This document shows, one piece after another, positions 1 through 13,745 of a DNA stretch of 64,000 nt; within the stretch, counting starts at the first letter, position 1, and each line of letters starts with the position of its first letter. Where the stretch lies: positions 177,196,001-177,260,000 of the forward strand of contig OZ024741.1 of assembly GCA_964016885.1 (NCBI GenBank), read 5' to 3'. This DNA comes from Eledone cirrhosa. Taxonomy: Eukaryota. The notes beneath the pieces are model-generated. The model made no database searches. It was not told the origin of the DNA and saw nothing but the letters and a program-made list of their open reading frames with translations. The position numbers and the translations under genes are program-made.

Positions 1-559
1 AGAAAATAAAATAGTGCATAAAAAAATGGCGTTGCGGGATTTTGATACAAGCAATGTCAGAATAGCTAAATTGCTGGAAAACTGCGTTATGGAGGATGCG
101 TTCTAAATCCTCTGCAAATGTATAAACTGACAGTGAATTTGATATTACAGCTCAGGAGAATTGAAGGATTTTGCTACATTTCCTAAAACATCAATTCTCT
201 AGGTATCGTTAAGGAACATTAATGAAATAATGAAACTGAATATCATTCTAAATGAAATATATTATTTGATGTGATCATCGTTCTTGCGGAATTAGAATAA
301 TCAGAATTTTCGGTTGAATAGACAGTTGTTTACTTGATATAACATTTTATTTAAAAAATGAAATATATCTTTTATTCCCAAATATCATTTTCAATTTTAT
401 AAAATATTTCATATATATTACCATCCAATTTCATCTTTACTTTCGAGATTATAGATTTAAAATTTCACATAAAAATAGCTGGACGGTTATTTGATTATAT
501 TTTCCCGAGATCAGAGTTTAAAAGGAAAACCATTATATTTGAAAACGTTATCACCATAT

Positions 560-2750
560 CAATATTCAGGTTTCCATGCCTTATGGAAGATAGTAAATCT
601 TTAAACCTGTTATGTCATTTTCTCCCACGAGGACGTGTATTCTTAAATATGCTCTGTCTTGCTATTCAGATTCTTTTTACCGAAGACAGTGAATGTGCTC
701 ATCTTGTTCCCCTGAATATTTTTTCATATGAAATGTTCATATCAGAGTAATCTTCTCTCTGCCATTGTTTGCTGAGCTTTTGCGCCTTCGCTGCCTTGCT
801 TTTCATCCAAACAATACAGTCTTCTTCTCTTACCTTCATCCTCTACAAATTTATCTTTGAATAACCATATTGCAATATACATCTCTAATACATATCTCTG
901 ACACACATGATGGCTTTTTCACATAGAGAAAAGCTCAGATTCCAACAGAGGCAACACTACCCTTAACGTATTACATGTCTTTATGTTTATAGTTACGACA
1001 TTTATTGAGAGCCCTCTATTTAGCTTGCAGACTAGATGAGTTTTCTGTTAAATATTCCTATGCAATTACGTTTCCATTTCACACTAATAGAACATCCAAA
1101 CACGTTATTCGTAATTAAATGTTTTGCAAACGAGCAGCTTGGTAATGTTCTCTTTAGTCGTCAATTATTTTATCTCTGTATCTGGCTTGCAGATGAAAAA
1201 ATACATTTAACAATTCCTGGGAAATCTTCATACAAAGGGAAATATTATCAACACAGAATATTCTAAGAATAATCATTCCCAAAACACTATGTTACAGTAT
1301 CAACAAAGACAGCACTTATGTACATATGCAAAATATCATTGACTCGCCTTTAGCTTTAGTCATCTTAACATTAATACCCGATATGCAAATGACACATTTA
1401 TATTATTTTCAGTTATATCTAAATTGATTTATCAGTAATCATCAAAAAGTAGTTATTGTTTTTAATCGTTATACCGATAATAATGCCAAACATTACGTAT
1501 TTATATATTCAAAGTTTGGAAGTTTCAAAGAATTGATATACAAACCATCACTTACCAATATTGCTCTAAGTCTCAATAAAATATGTTTATCAAAATTAAT
1601 TATGATCTTACAAACTATATTCGTTTGCACTAACATCAGATTACATCTGAAATATATCTTCTGCACCTCAACTTTCTTCATTTTGAATTTCCAGCCAATG
1701 AATTACTGAGGGAAAAATGTTAAACAAGAAAGTTATATCATCATTATTGCTAGTATTTATATTAGGTCAGGTTATACCTACTAAGCTCATTCATAAATAA
1801 TCATGAAACTTTTTCATAAATAATCATGAAGATTCTTTTCAATGGTATTAATTTATATGAACCCAGTGACGAAACATCTACAATTTCATACTATCTGATT
1901 ACAGTCGTAGCCAAAGCTCACTAAACCAGGTCATGAATTTGTTTCCAGAGGTCATGTCTATATATAAAGGCAACATATGGAATAGCAATAAAGGGTAGCT
2001 GTAATCAGAAATGTTGAATTTAGGGATCCATTAAATGAGTTATTTTTCAAGTCTGATTTCTCAACAGCGTTATCTTTGAACCAGAATAAAATCATCAACA
2101 ATCCTATCAAAGGCAGTTATAACAATGATAAAACGAATACTAACCGAAGCATGGACATCAATATGCATTCAAATAATTGACTTATTTATTTGCTGACTCT
2201 CCCACATGTATAATATCAATCTAATCTAATATTCCATTTCAGGTTTGTGAAGTTCAGCAAGTTACGAGTATATACTACATATCATTTTCCACAACAGATA
2301 TTTCATCATAGATACATAAGCAATTCTATTTACCTTTCAACATTATCTGCTTTGTGGCTTTAACTCTGTTAGAGGCTTTGAGATAAATATTCAAGAGGTT
2401 TCATTCATAGTTTACCAAAGTCTGAGTTATTCAATGCATAATCACTACAGATTTATTTGTTCGCAATACTACTACACTGAATGTGTGAGCACCACAGAGC
2501 CCATGGCTGTAACATCTGCATTACATGTTTCATTGCATGTCCTGTGGCTTCACTTCAGTTATCTCTCACAACAAACTATAAAGCCATAATCGACAAACCA
2601 AAAGATCAAAGGCTTTTCGAGTGTAATATATTCTTGAAACACATCAATATCAATGACATTTTCATTGAAATAAATTTTCCAACGGATCCCTTGCTATTGT
2701 TAATCTCCTTCCATATAATTATATAAAAAGGGTAACACTCGAAAAATTGA
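560..2750 (-). pseudogene. Highly decayed DNA transposase relic, possibly P-element/THAP-type
   Basis: Minus-strand fragments FLCMKISQELLNVFFHLQAR (~1180-1245, cf. P-type 'YxxTxxxSQDxLExFFS') and LICKLNRGLS (~1005-1035, cf. 'RGGL'). Many stops and frameshifts; no TIRs seen. Confidence 0.3.
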
Positions 2751-3865
2751 AACGTTTATACGTAGATATAAATCGATACGCAATAGGTTATAGAAATGCT
2801 TTTTAACCAGTTAATTAAAATGTTGAACTTCACTGATCTATTTCTAATTTCAGCGGTCCGACCGATGTGGCTCAGGGATGCCTGGTTAGAAACTATTACA
2901 ACGGGTATATGACAGTAGAGTATTCAGTAATGATAAAATTGATGTTTAAGGGTTACAGTATGTTTACAATACATGAAATTTAATTTGTCCCCGCTTCTTA
3001 GAGAAAAAATCTTGTTTGTTTTTAAACTTTATATTCTGGTTGTTTGCTGTGGAAAATACATTTGTATGTACTACTTGAAACATGGTTAGAGGCAGATTGA
3101 TTTAAAACACAAATACATAAAATGAATATGGAATCTACTTTTACTTAAAAGGATTGAAATCAGCAAACAGTATAATGTATATATACCGAAGGGCACATCA
3201 TAAATGAGATGGAATCTACCAGTATTTGGAAAATAGATTTTGATTAAATTGCCACCATGCTAGTACTGATTAGAAAGAAGACAATATTTGTTAAAATTGA
3301 CTGTTTTGTTGTGTAATTTATAGATAGCCAGCATATATAGTCACTGAAATTAAATTCTTAGATCTCTGTGATATGAAGGTAAATATCCAATTTAATACGT
3401 CCTTGACTCAATATTTTCGTGTAGAGTTGGGCGGTTTTAAAAGACAACATTTACATTGCTACTTAAAAGCCATAGGATATATCTTCTGTGGAAGGAAATT
3501 AAAATGTTTTACCTCTATTTTATATATGTTATTATGTTGAACACACTAAAAAAAAAAAAAAATATGGGAATTTACTAGTATTCTCACTCGGAGAAAACTG
3601 AATATTATATGAGCCTCATAATATATCATAATCATTATATATCATCTATCATAATTCTGATGCATGTATAGTTTGTGCCTTCGGTCGGTTTTCTTGGTGT
3701 CACACTTCCTAACTACGGTGTTAACTCTGATCATAATGTTCGTTTTTAACTTTCGGTCCATTGAGTGCCTTGTGATTGCCTCAAACTAATCAAATAGTCC
3801 TTTCTAATGTTCGATTTACAAATATTATATATATATGCGTGTAAAAGGTAAACAGAAATGTATGC

Positions 3866-3909
<44 letters not shown>

Positions 3910-3917
<8 letters not shown>

Positions 3918-5624
3918 TATTATACTTTGGGAGGGTCATGTTGCCAATAAGAAACCCACGCACCAGCTGTTTTCACTTCAATTTATTAACCCCGATAATG
4001 TACTCCCGCTACGTTGATGATATAAACATCGTAGTAAAAACACCCCCCACTAGAGAACAGTCAGGAAATAGAGAAAAACACAATGGAAAGTATCCAGCAA
4101 ATATCTAACTCCATCCACTAGAGTATTAGAGTTACTATAGACTACCCAAGCAAACATCCCAACCATCGATTACCTGTAATAGACACAGAGCTCTGGTTAG
4201 ATACTATCAGTAACAAAAGAAGATCCTCCATTCCCATTATACCAAACCCATGACTTCCAAATATCTGATCCACCGAAACTCAGCTGTTTCGGACCACACC
4301 AAAATCAACATACCGATTGCGGATTTGGTACGGGTGATGAGAAACGTGTCCCGCATGTGCAACCCCAAAGAACAAGAGAGACACATACCACACTTCATCC
4401 ACCGTATGCAGTTCTCTGGTTATAATCAGAGAGATAAAATCAGAGTATATAGAGGAGCCAGAACCAAATGGCAATAAATGGTAAATAATGATACAAAAGG
4501 GACCTGCCCCTTGTATAGGAGCACATTTTGGAATAGAATAGAAAGAACTAGGAATAAGGCTAATAGAATAAACTTATGGTATGATAGCAATAAATACCAG
4601 AGTGTAATGTTCATCAATACAACCCCTAGAGGTGAATTAGCTTACAAATTCTGAACGGCCCTAGATAAACATAAACTCCATATTAAAATAGTAGAAAGAC
4701 CAGGTACCTCCATAAAAACACTTATTAGCAATACATACCCTTTTCAAAGACCTCCCTGTATAGATAAGAAATGTATAATCTGTAAACTAAGCCCACATAT
4801 TAACTGTAAAACTAAAAATGTAGTATATAGCATAAGATGTACTGAAGGACAATGTAGAGATAAGAATATAGTGTACATAGGTGAGACAGTTCGTAGTATA
4901 GGAGAACGGATAAATGAACACTGGCGAGAGCTTCACGATAGTAAAGAATCATCTGTACTCTACCAACATGCTAAACTAGAACATAAGGGTAAATTAAAGA
5001 ACATAGAAATAAAAATAGAATCTACACAGAAAAGACGCAATGTTTGGACAAATCACAGAGGCAATAAACCTAAATGAACTCCAACCAAAATTAAATAGAA
5101 AGCATGAATGGAATAGCAACATCACAACTTACAATTAAGGACAAAATGAAAACATACACACACATAGAACAAACAACCAACCAGTAACATGTAAATAAAC
5201 AAATAAATAAACAAATATAAACACACCCAGACACCCAGATGTAATGCATGCGCAAACTAAGCACACAACACACAGAAAAACAAGATGGCGTAGGACAGAA
5301 TAAAGGAAAGGCACACAAACAAAAAAAGAAGAAAAAAAAGAAAAAATCCCCGGTCACTGAAGAGGTCACAGAATGTGTGACGAAAGAACGTTGACAATAT
5401 ATGAACAATCGTCTGGTTGTGGAACCAACCAACCAACCGGAAATTTATAAATTCATAAATTTATAAATTTAATTTATAATAAATTGAAGTGAAAGCATGG
5501 TGCGTGGGTTTCTTATTGACAACATGACCCTCCCCAAGTATAATAATATCGCTTTCAACACACGTTTTCAGATAAAGAGTCTTGCTAAACAAATTCAGAA
5601 ACGACGAAATATATATTTTTATAT

Positions 5625-5625
<1 letters not shown>
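3910..5625 (+). mobile_element. 5'-truncated Naiad-type Penelope-like retroelement with inverted 5' pLTR, inserted in (TA)n
   Basis: RT motif YSRYVDDINIVV (~4000), then DYPSKHPNHRLPVIDTELW and KPMTSKYLIHRNSAVS. GIY-YIG endonuclease with embedded Zn finger: CKTKNVVYSIRCTEGQC..YIGETVRSIGERINEH..HAKLEH. 3910-3990 is the reverse complement of ~5475-5550. Frameshifts and stops present. Confidence 0.88.
5353..5395 (+). ncRNA. Minimal type I hammerhead ribozyme in Naiad pLTR (one lesion at the cleavage triplet)
   Basis: gtca-CTGAAGA-g-GTCACA-gaatg-TGTGAC-GAAA-gaac-gt-tgac; stem I is gtca/tgac. Confidence 0.65.
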
Positions 5626-5668
<43 letters not shown>

Positions 5669-5739
5669 GCACACACACACACACACACACACATACACAC
5701 ACACATATATATATTATACGCATATATATATATATTCGA

Positions 5740-6488
5740 TTGCTACAACATCTCACATGGTAGACATCTCAATAACATTTCAACCCAACAAAACATGTTT
5801 ACACTTTTCCGTGTGCATGGAGGTAACTCTTCAATCCACCAATTGTTTTACAAGGTATTTGCCAGATGTAACCGATATACACCAGTGTATGTTCTGGGAT
5901 GTTTTGGATAAGGATGTGGAATTTCATGTTGATGAACTTTCATATGGCATTTTAACCGGGTGACTGCTGACATATCTTACTACAAATTTGACAGGGGATG
6001 TGCACCATAATCTGCATGTTTCACAATCTGTTCATGCATTTTCATAAAGATTTACAAAACTGGTTAGAAGAACACGGTGACCGAATTGTAATTCCACTCA
6101 ACCTTTCCCAGTCCGTTTTAGCTCTGCTTTTGCCTTTTCAATTTGATCCAATAATTAACACTCTGATTTAATTATCTCTCTTCGTATATTAGGTCAACAG
6201 GTTTTACATTTTACATTTTCCTTAACACAATCTTTGCAACCTTTATTAGGCTCTTCTATTGCTTTACACAAACTCACCATAAAAGATTTCGCCTAGATGT
6301 CTGCATCATACATGCGAAAAGAATACCAATATTTTTGCAACTGACTTTCAATGACAAAGAAACTGATTGTAGAACATTTCTCGCCCTTAGTAACATTTCA
6401 GTGTCAGCTGTCATTCTTCAGCGTTTGATACCTAGGATCTGATGAAGGCCCTTTTAGTGGTATCTCTCAAGTATCTTGAAATGTCGAT
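5740..6488 (-). mobile_element. RTE/BovB-like LINE 3' relic with two C-terminal C2H2-like zinc fingers
   Basis: Minus-strand RHFKILERYH*KGLHQILGIKR..DTEMLLRA, then CKDCVKEN, CQICSKICQQSPG/LKCHMKVH and a second degenerate finger ..PCKTIGGLKSYLHAHG. Confidence 0.65.
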
Positions 6489-7170
6489 TGAACACTGGCG
6501 AGAGCCTCAAGATAAAAAATAATTATCAATACTCCACCAACATGCTAACATAGAATATAAGGGCAGATTAGAGAACATAGAAATAAAAATAAAATCTACA
6601 CACAGAAAGACGCAATGTTTAGACAAATCACAGAGGCAATAAACATAAATGAACTCCAGACAAAATTAAATAGAAAACATGAATGGAATAACAACATCAC
6701 AACTCACAATTAAGGACAAAATGAAAACACACACACACATAGAACAAACAACCAACCAGTAACATGTAAATAAACAAATAAATAAACAAATAAAAACACA
6801 CACAGGTGCCCGGATGTAACACATGCGCAAACTAAGCACACACCACACACAACAAGAAGATGGCGTGGGACAGAATAAAGGAGAGGCACAGAACAAAGAA
6901 AAGAATCCCCAGTCACTGAAGAGGTCACAGAATGTGTGACGAGAGAACTTTGACAATATATGAACAACCGTCCGGTTGTGGAATCAACCAACCAACAGGA
7001 AATTTATAAATTCTTAAATTTATAAATTTAATTTATAGTAAATTGGAGTGAAAGCAACTGGTGCGTGTGTTTCTTATTGGCAACATGACCCTCCAAAAGT
7101 ATAGCAATATCGATTTCAACACACGTTTTCAGATAAAGAATCTTGCTAACAAAATTCAGAAACGAAATAT
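6489..7170 (+). mobile_element. Second copy of the Naiad PLE 3' end (endonuclease C-terminus + pLTR)
   Basis: Near-identical direct copy of ~4916-5615; ends in (TA)n. Confidence 0.9.
6912..6954 (+). ncRNA. Minimal type I hammerhead ribozyme (GAAA changed to GAGA)
   Basis: gtca-CTGAAGA-g-GTCACA-gaatg-TGTGAC-GAGA-gaac-TT-tgac. Confidence 0.6.
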
Positions 7171-7291
7171 ATATATATATATGTCTTTTTCCATATAGCG
7201 CTAGCCACGGAAATCCCCTGCTGGTCATTTAACCTTCTTCTGGTGACGCAGCTCGATGGAGCATGCAACTACTGATATACTCATGTTTATA

Positions 7292-7338
7292 GGCTCTGAA
7301 GATTCCTGCCATGATGTATGGATGAAACACTGTTAGCT
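7292..7338 (+). ncRNA. Minimal type I hammerhead ribozyme in a short PLE pLTR fragment (~7183-7400)
   Basis: ggct-CTGAAGA-tTCCTGC-catgat-GTAtGGAt-GAAA-cactg-TT-agct; quasi-palindromic stem III, GUU site, T-T mismatch at the base of stem II. Confidence 0.7.
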
Positions 7339-7554
7339 AATAAAACTATGTATTTCTAAGCACTGTTTGGTTATTTCTATAACTATATATGATTTTTATC
7401 GTTACATTTTGAATGGATTTTCTCTTTTAAGAATCACTGCTTTCACCCTTAATGGTATCTTTTGAAACTAAAAAAATCAATCTGTGAACGCAGACACACG
7501 CACACATAGCTTCATAATGCCGTAATGCAGACAGCCAGACATACAGACAGATAT

Positions 7555-7588
<34 letters not shown>

Positions 7589-8574
7589 AATTATTATAAT
7601 TCATTTTTTTTATATTTAGTTTACCTATAATTAAATATTTACTATCTTTAACCTCACTACTTCTTTTAACCGCATCCCATTCTATCACATTCAATACCTA
7701 GGATTAGTAAATATAATTAATGTCTTCAATATTATGGTTGTTTAGATAGATAAACTACTTTTTATAAAATGTTATCTATTTCAGTCTTTCTATATTTATA
7801 TATATATATTTGTTTTTTTGTTACTTCTTTATTTATAATTATTAATATAATGTTAACTCTGTAAGTATACCTATCAATTAATTTAATTTCCTTTTATGTA
7901 TCTAGGTCCCTTAAAATTTAAACAGGAGTAGTATTTCTCACTAACACTCTCATCCCACAAAAAAATATTGTCCCTATGCTTTTAAAAACATTCTTAAATA
8001 ACATCAATTTGGGGGGGGGGGGGGATCCTTCACTATCCCATTAACTTGACCTCATTTTAATCCCTACCTTTCTCTTCCCCATTCTTTTCATTCAAAGCAT
8101 AAATTTACATTCCTCCACTCCTAGCATAAAGTTTCTACTACGGTTATTCTATCAACTTGCCCTCTAACTCTTTTCTATTGGTCAATTCAAAACGTGTTCC
8201 CTAACAGACTTTGTGTATTAATGCTTTCTCTCAATAAGCACACTTCATCTTTTCTGAAGATGACATATAAAAGTGAAGGTATGCATATTTCTTCTGATAA
8301 TTTGAAATATTTGTTTACATACATCTTTAATATGATATACATACCAACATACACATATATATCCCAGAAACGATCGTAAAATGATGATTTTTTTTTTATA
8401 TAAGGAACCTGTTCTTTGTTTTTATTTCATTATTTTAATTAATTTATCTTGACTCTGTTTTCCTATGATTTTTATCGTTAAATTTTGAATGTATTTTCTC
8501 TTTTCTCGATATCTTCTATATTTGGATTACATTGAGTTCTTCATATGGATTGGACGCTACCGTTTATTTTGGAA

Positions 8575-8668
<94 letters not shown>

Positions 8669-8699
8669 TATATTAAAATAACAGATTAAAGTTTAAACA

Positions 8700-9115
8700 A
8701 ATAATCACTGCTTTCACCCTTAACGGGATTTTCTGAGACTAAAAAATCAATCTGTGAACGCAGAAGTAAATATTTCGCAAAACGTTACACACTATATAAA
8801 TATATATACACACTATACACACACACACACACATAGCTTCATAATGTCGTAATGCAGACATACAGACATACAGACAGATATTATAAAAGCGTAACGTTAT
8901 ATATATATCTATCTAAAAAGAAAGACTAAGAATTATAGAGCGAGATCGCTAAATCGACTAATGGGCATTGAAAATTTGAAATTGTTTTTGCTCAAAGCAC
9001 TCACAGGACCATAAGTATTACATGTGTAAAGAATGAAAACAATCGGTTCGGTAGTTTTCGAGTTTTAGGGAGTCTGACAGACAGACAGACAAACAGACAT
9101 TCTCTGTTATATATA
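8700..9115 (-). mobile_element. Non-autonomous Helitron-like repeat pieces; 8700-8885 is also present at 7433-7557
   Basis: Minus strand reads ..atataacagagaatgtctgtttgtctgtctgtctgtc..ctaaaactcgaaaactaccgaaccgatt, typical of GTCT-bearing non-autonomous Helitron 5' ends. Confidence 0.45.
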
Positions 9116-9586
9116 TATATATATATATATACATCAGATGAGCGAACAAGACGTATGTTAATATTGTATAGGGTCCTGAAACCTTTGGTAATGGACTAGT
9201 GTTATTGTGTTATATACTTTCTAACAAAGCTGCTCTGTATTGTACATAGAGCACTTTTTTTCCTTTGCCTTTTCTTTGGAAATACGCAACAAACACACAC
9301 ACACGCACATACACACACACATATATATATAACTAAATATTCATCTCATCATCTGAAGTATAATTCAGGTTTTACAAATATATGCTGTGCGAATTGTACA
9401 TATCTACATATTTGTTTTACATGTTTAATCATGTGAACATATCATTTTTGCGTATTTCTTCGTAAATTGATAACGATGTCCAACTTGTTTAGGTTTTTGT
9501 TTAGAATCCTATCAGAAACTGTTTACACCCCTCTTACTCCCCGCAGAAATACGCTAACAAATGAGGGCCAGAGAGACAGTTATGTG

Positions 9587-9868
<282 letters not shown>

Positions 9869-10299
9869 CGGATGGGATGAGGAAAGCGGAGAGAGAGTAA
9901 GAAGTTAAATGGTCATATGTTGTCGATCGAATAACTGGCATTGTAGGAATCAATCAATCACCAACAGACAGTGAGTTGGTTGTAAATGAAGTAAAGAAAA
10001 ACGCCAGGGGGCAAATGGGAAAACAATCTCATTGATGTCAGTGTGTGGGAGGACGGCAAATTAGTTGAACATGATCTCTTTGAATTCTAACGATTAAGGT
10101 GGCACCTTTTTTCAAGTTTGAAGTTGAGCCGAGGTTTACATAGACTGGGTGTCGTGTTTAGACCCTCATGCGGATGATATCCAAAGAGAGGTTGGTGGTG
10201 TAAAAAATGACCTGTAAATATGAAGTGTGTACAAAGTTATGGTATAGATTAAATGTAGTTTAGTGTTTCATATGATACATTTGCATGAATGTAAGTCAA

Positions 10300-11500
10300 T
10301 GTTAGATACTTTTCTCCGTCGCCTTACCAAATTCTCTTAGAACTTATCAACTCATACGAGCAGAGGGTTTCTGTTAGAGAAACGGTCGCATGTGGTGGAT
10401 GACGACATTGTCATTAGATAAGATAGTTAGTTCCGACATATGCGGGTTCGTACCGGGTTAGTATACAACTCCGGACAAACAGCTGTAGACTACTAGGGGA
10501 GATGCAGCTATAGGTGGCATTGTTAGCTCCAAAGAAAAATCTGACAACCCAGTAGCTAAGATAAGGCAAGTAAAAGCCGCCACTACGTGGGTCTGAGAAA
10601 ATTGTCAAATTGGTGGCTGCCGTGAGTAATGCAACAAAAACAATGCAATATGATAATCCTTATTTGCGCGAGGTAATAAGAGACGCGTTCAAGCCTTTGG
10701 TAGAGGGGCCCGATCGAAAAATATATTGCAGTCTCCATCCAAAACCGTCGATGGTCCTTCGATCTATCATGTGATGTGTGGGATTGACCTCAAAACGTTA
10801 GCTTTCTTACAACCAAAGAGCATGGATTATTTGAGGAGGCCAGATGCTACCGGCTAAATATAGTCGCGGTTTTCTCAACACAATTATGTGGCTCTACTAA
10901 CACAGATTTCGATGTAGGATACAAGCTCCTCTATACAAGCGGACTGCCAATCAAGATTGCGCAGACAAGAGTGGGAATATTCACAAGCGCCCGGCTGAAA
11001 GAAATGTCTTGTTAGTTGGTGCAAGTTTAAGCTGTGAACTCGAATACAGATCCTTCCTTGACAAAATCCCTGCAGCGTGAGATATAATTATGACAGACTG
11101 ATATATCGTACTGGGAGACTTCAATGGTCTACTAGAACACTTTAGTTGCAGAACTGAAGTTTGTTTCCAGCTTAACTCCAAAGTTAACTTAACGCCTTTA
11201 ACGCCAAAGTTAACTTAACTTTGAACGCCTTTACGGTCTCTGCAGCGTAATTTTGTGCCTGTGTGCAGGAAGCGTGAAGTGAAGGACTTATATACGATCG
11301 AAATGAGAATCACGGTTAGATCTCGAGCTAGATTGTTGGTTAACATTCGTGATCTAGGTAGATCATGCTTTGGGATCCAACTTGATCAATTGGAGATGTT
11401 TGCCACGGACAGGACTGGGTGGAAGGCATCTTCTGGGAGGCGTGTCTAACGATACTCCTGCACGACCGTCTAAAGAAGAAGAAGAAGAAGAAGAAGAAGG
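10300..11500 (+). mobile_element. Internally deleted RTE/RTE-X LINE relic with (GAA)n tail
   Basis: APE motif IVLGDFNG (~11105); C-terminal DLGRSCFGIQLDQLEMFATDRTGWK; followed by (AAG)n at 11472-11500. Confidence 0.65.
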
Positions 11501-12194
11501 AAGAGGAGGAGGTGGTGGAGGAGGAGAAGAATTCGGTATTATTTTAGTCCATTTACTGTTTTCTTCCAATTCCATAAAGTTTCCTTATTCACTGAAATAT
11601 TATTAAAAATACGAATACATTGATGTAGTTTCACATTTATAGATGAGAGACAGAAAGGATGATACGATGTTTATTTCAATCGCTAATCCATCCAGAATTT
11701 AAAAAAAAATTGGGATTTTAGGCTAGTTGATATCAGCATATGATTGAGAGGAATGGGAACTACTACAATCAAGTTCAGTATTCTATATTGTTACACCGTT
11801 TTTGTGAGTTTAAAGTAAACACTACAAGTACATATGCGTATATATGCAAGTGTCATATGAATTTGATAAATACTTAATGAAATGTTTGAAATGAAGGCTA
11901 GATTTTAAATGGCCAGAGTCTATTACCAACTTTCGGAGGCTACAATTAAGATTAGTTACCACTGTTGTATGTGTCTGCTTATAACTATTTATAATGGATA
12001 CACATTGAGACAGAACTAAACAGGCCTGTGTAATTTCCGTAACAATACATGTGCTGACTACGTTGGTTAATTAATTATTTAATTAATTAAATATCTAATT
12101 AGCTAAATAATCCACGTTATCTGCATGGTGAAAAGTAAGCTCTGACAACGTGCACTAATAATTAATTTCTTAATTAATCCATGGTCCTTCACAA

Positions 12195-12262
<68 letters not shown>

Positions 12263-12739
12263 TTATTTAAAATGATAATAATAATAATAATAATAACAAT
12301 ATTTCCACCACCAATATCAAGATGGCCGTTACTATTAATTATACACTGACTACCACTACTAATACTACTAATACTACTGCTACTACAACGACTCAATTGG
12401 TACATGAGTGTCTGGGTAAGCCCTATTAAAGTAAATAAGTAACCTATTATAGCACTAATGCAGTAAACATGTTAATGCTATCTAATTATTAAGAAAACCA
12501 GAAAATGACTTAAGGGCTCTATCATGTTGTTACAATCTAATTAATAATGGATAGATTTGTCACGGATATCATTTCAAATTGTAGGAAATTCCATACGAAT
12601 TTTAACTATTTGGAAAGAAATCCGACACATATATTATAAAAAATACAGCCGCCACTCACCATCGATTGTAACTTGGTATTTATATAACATGCTTTCCATA
12701 AATGAATTAGGTGCCCATGCAGTTACGCGTAGATACAGA

Positions 12740-12930
12740 CAAGCTATCTACTTTCCTTTCGTTGATCCAGCAGGACATCCAGGATGTCACAGCTGGAAAT
12801 TGAAACTATATTTACTTTAATAACACTATATGGCCCTAATTATTTAACAGACACTGCTTTATGTGATTTTAGGATGTTCTTTGTTAGTATGAAATCCGTG
12901 TTGCGACACCACGTCTCAGGGTCCAGAGAC
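12740..12930 (+). pseudogene. Possible mariner transposase C-terminal relic
   Basis: YGPNYLTDTALCDFRMFFVSMKSVLR resembles 'PYSPDLAPCDFxLFxxMKxxLRG'. Confidence 0.3.
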
Positions 12931-12934
12931 TTCT

Positions 12935-13320
12935 CAAAATATTTAAAGCTTCCAAGTTGGATATGAGGTGGTGTTGGAAACATAATTAGCTCATGTGAAA
13001 ATGGTTGTACGTATTGAATGCTTGTATTCCCTGGTCTCCAGTCATGATGTGCTAGCCAATACTGCCAACCGTAGTGTTCATTTCCACCCCAGAGTCCCGC
13101 AAGCACAAGAAGCAGCAACATTTCGTGTAGTCCTTTTGCATTCCAGTTAATAAACCTATGATTTGCAAGTCACCTTCATCTTTCCGCTTGAAATCATTAT
13201 ACCTGATCAAGAAAAGTAGCATATTCATAGTGCTGTATGACACTTTTGTCTTGATCGAATAACCCACTGAAATGTCTGTTTACTCATACCCAACATGCTA
13301 AAAAGCTGACACCACTATCA
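12935..13320 (-). pseudogene. Chapaev3/CMC-type DNA transposase relic
   Basis: GDLQIIGLLTGMQKDYTKCCCFLCLRDSG and PTPPHIQLGSFKYFEK match the 'GDLKVxxLLLGxQxGYTKYCCFLCxWDSR' and 'LPPLHIKLGLMKNFVK' blocks. Confidence 0.7.
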
Positions 13321-13587
13321 TCCATGAGGTATAATGTTTTTCATAAATATGTTAAAATACATTAAAGCTGCTAATTGGTTATAGCAGTAGTTATTAGAAA
13401 GGAAGTTTCTGTGAGATAATTTGTAGTTCATATTTGTAATAATCCTTTCAACGTAGAATGATTTGAAATGTGTGAAGATATTTATATTATATTTCGTTAG
13501 TTTGAAACTCATAAAAAATGTGCAATACTACTGTACTAATGCAGTAAGAAATATGTTTAAGATATATATATCTTGGAGAGCAAATGG

Positions 13588-13689
13588 AGACATTTACCTA
13601 TTAGTTTCCTAATCAGGTTTTAATGAAAAGTTTACATAATACGAGAGAACGTGTTAAAATCTGATTAGGAAAATAATAGGTAAAGGTCT
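13588..13689. repeat. Short fold-back with ~36-bp arms and ~30-bp spacer between TA/CA tracts
   Basis: agacatttacctattagtttcctaatcaggttttaa pairs with ttaaaatctgattaggaaaataataggtaaaggtct. Confidence 0.85.

Positions 13690-13745
<56 letters not shown>

Noticed and set aside
4652-4654. In-frame TGA in the Naiad ORF as a selenocysteine codon (some Naiads encode Sec)
   Set aside because: It falls in GELAYKF*TALD, not at a Cys position. The Zn-finger cysteines here and at 59500-59570 are TGT/TGC, and the copy has other disablements.
6439-6490. CTGATGA...GAAA as a hammerhead
   Set aside because: Stems I and II do not pair properly, and the sequence is the antisense of RTE coding sequence (RHFKILERYH..HQILGIK).
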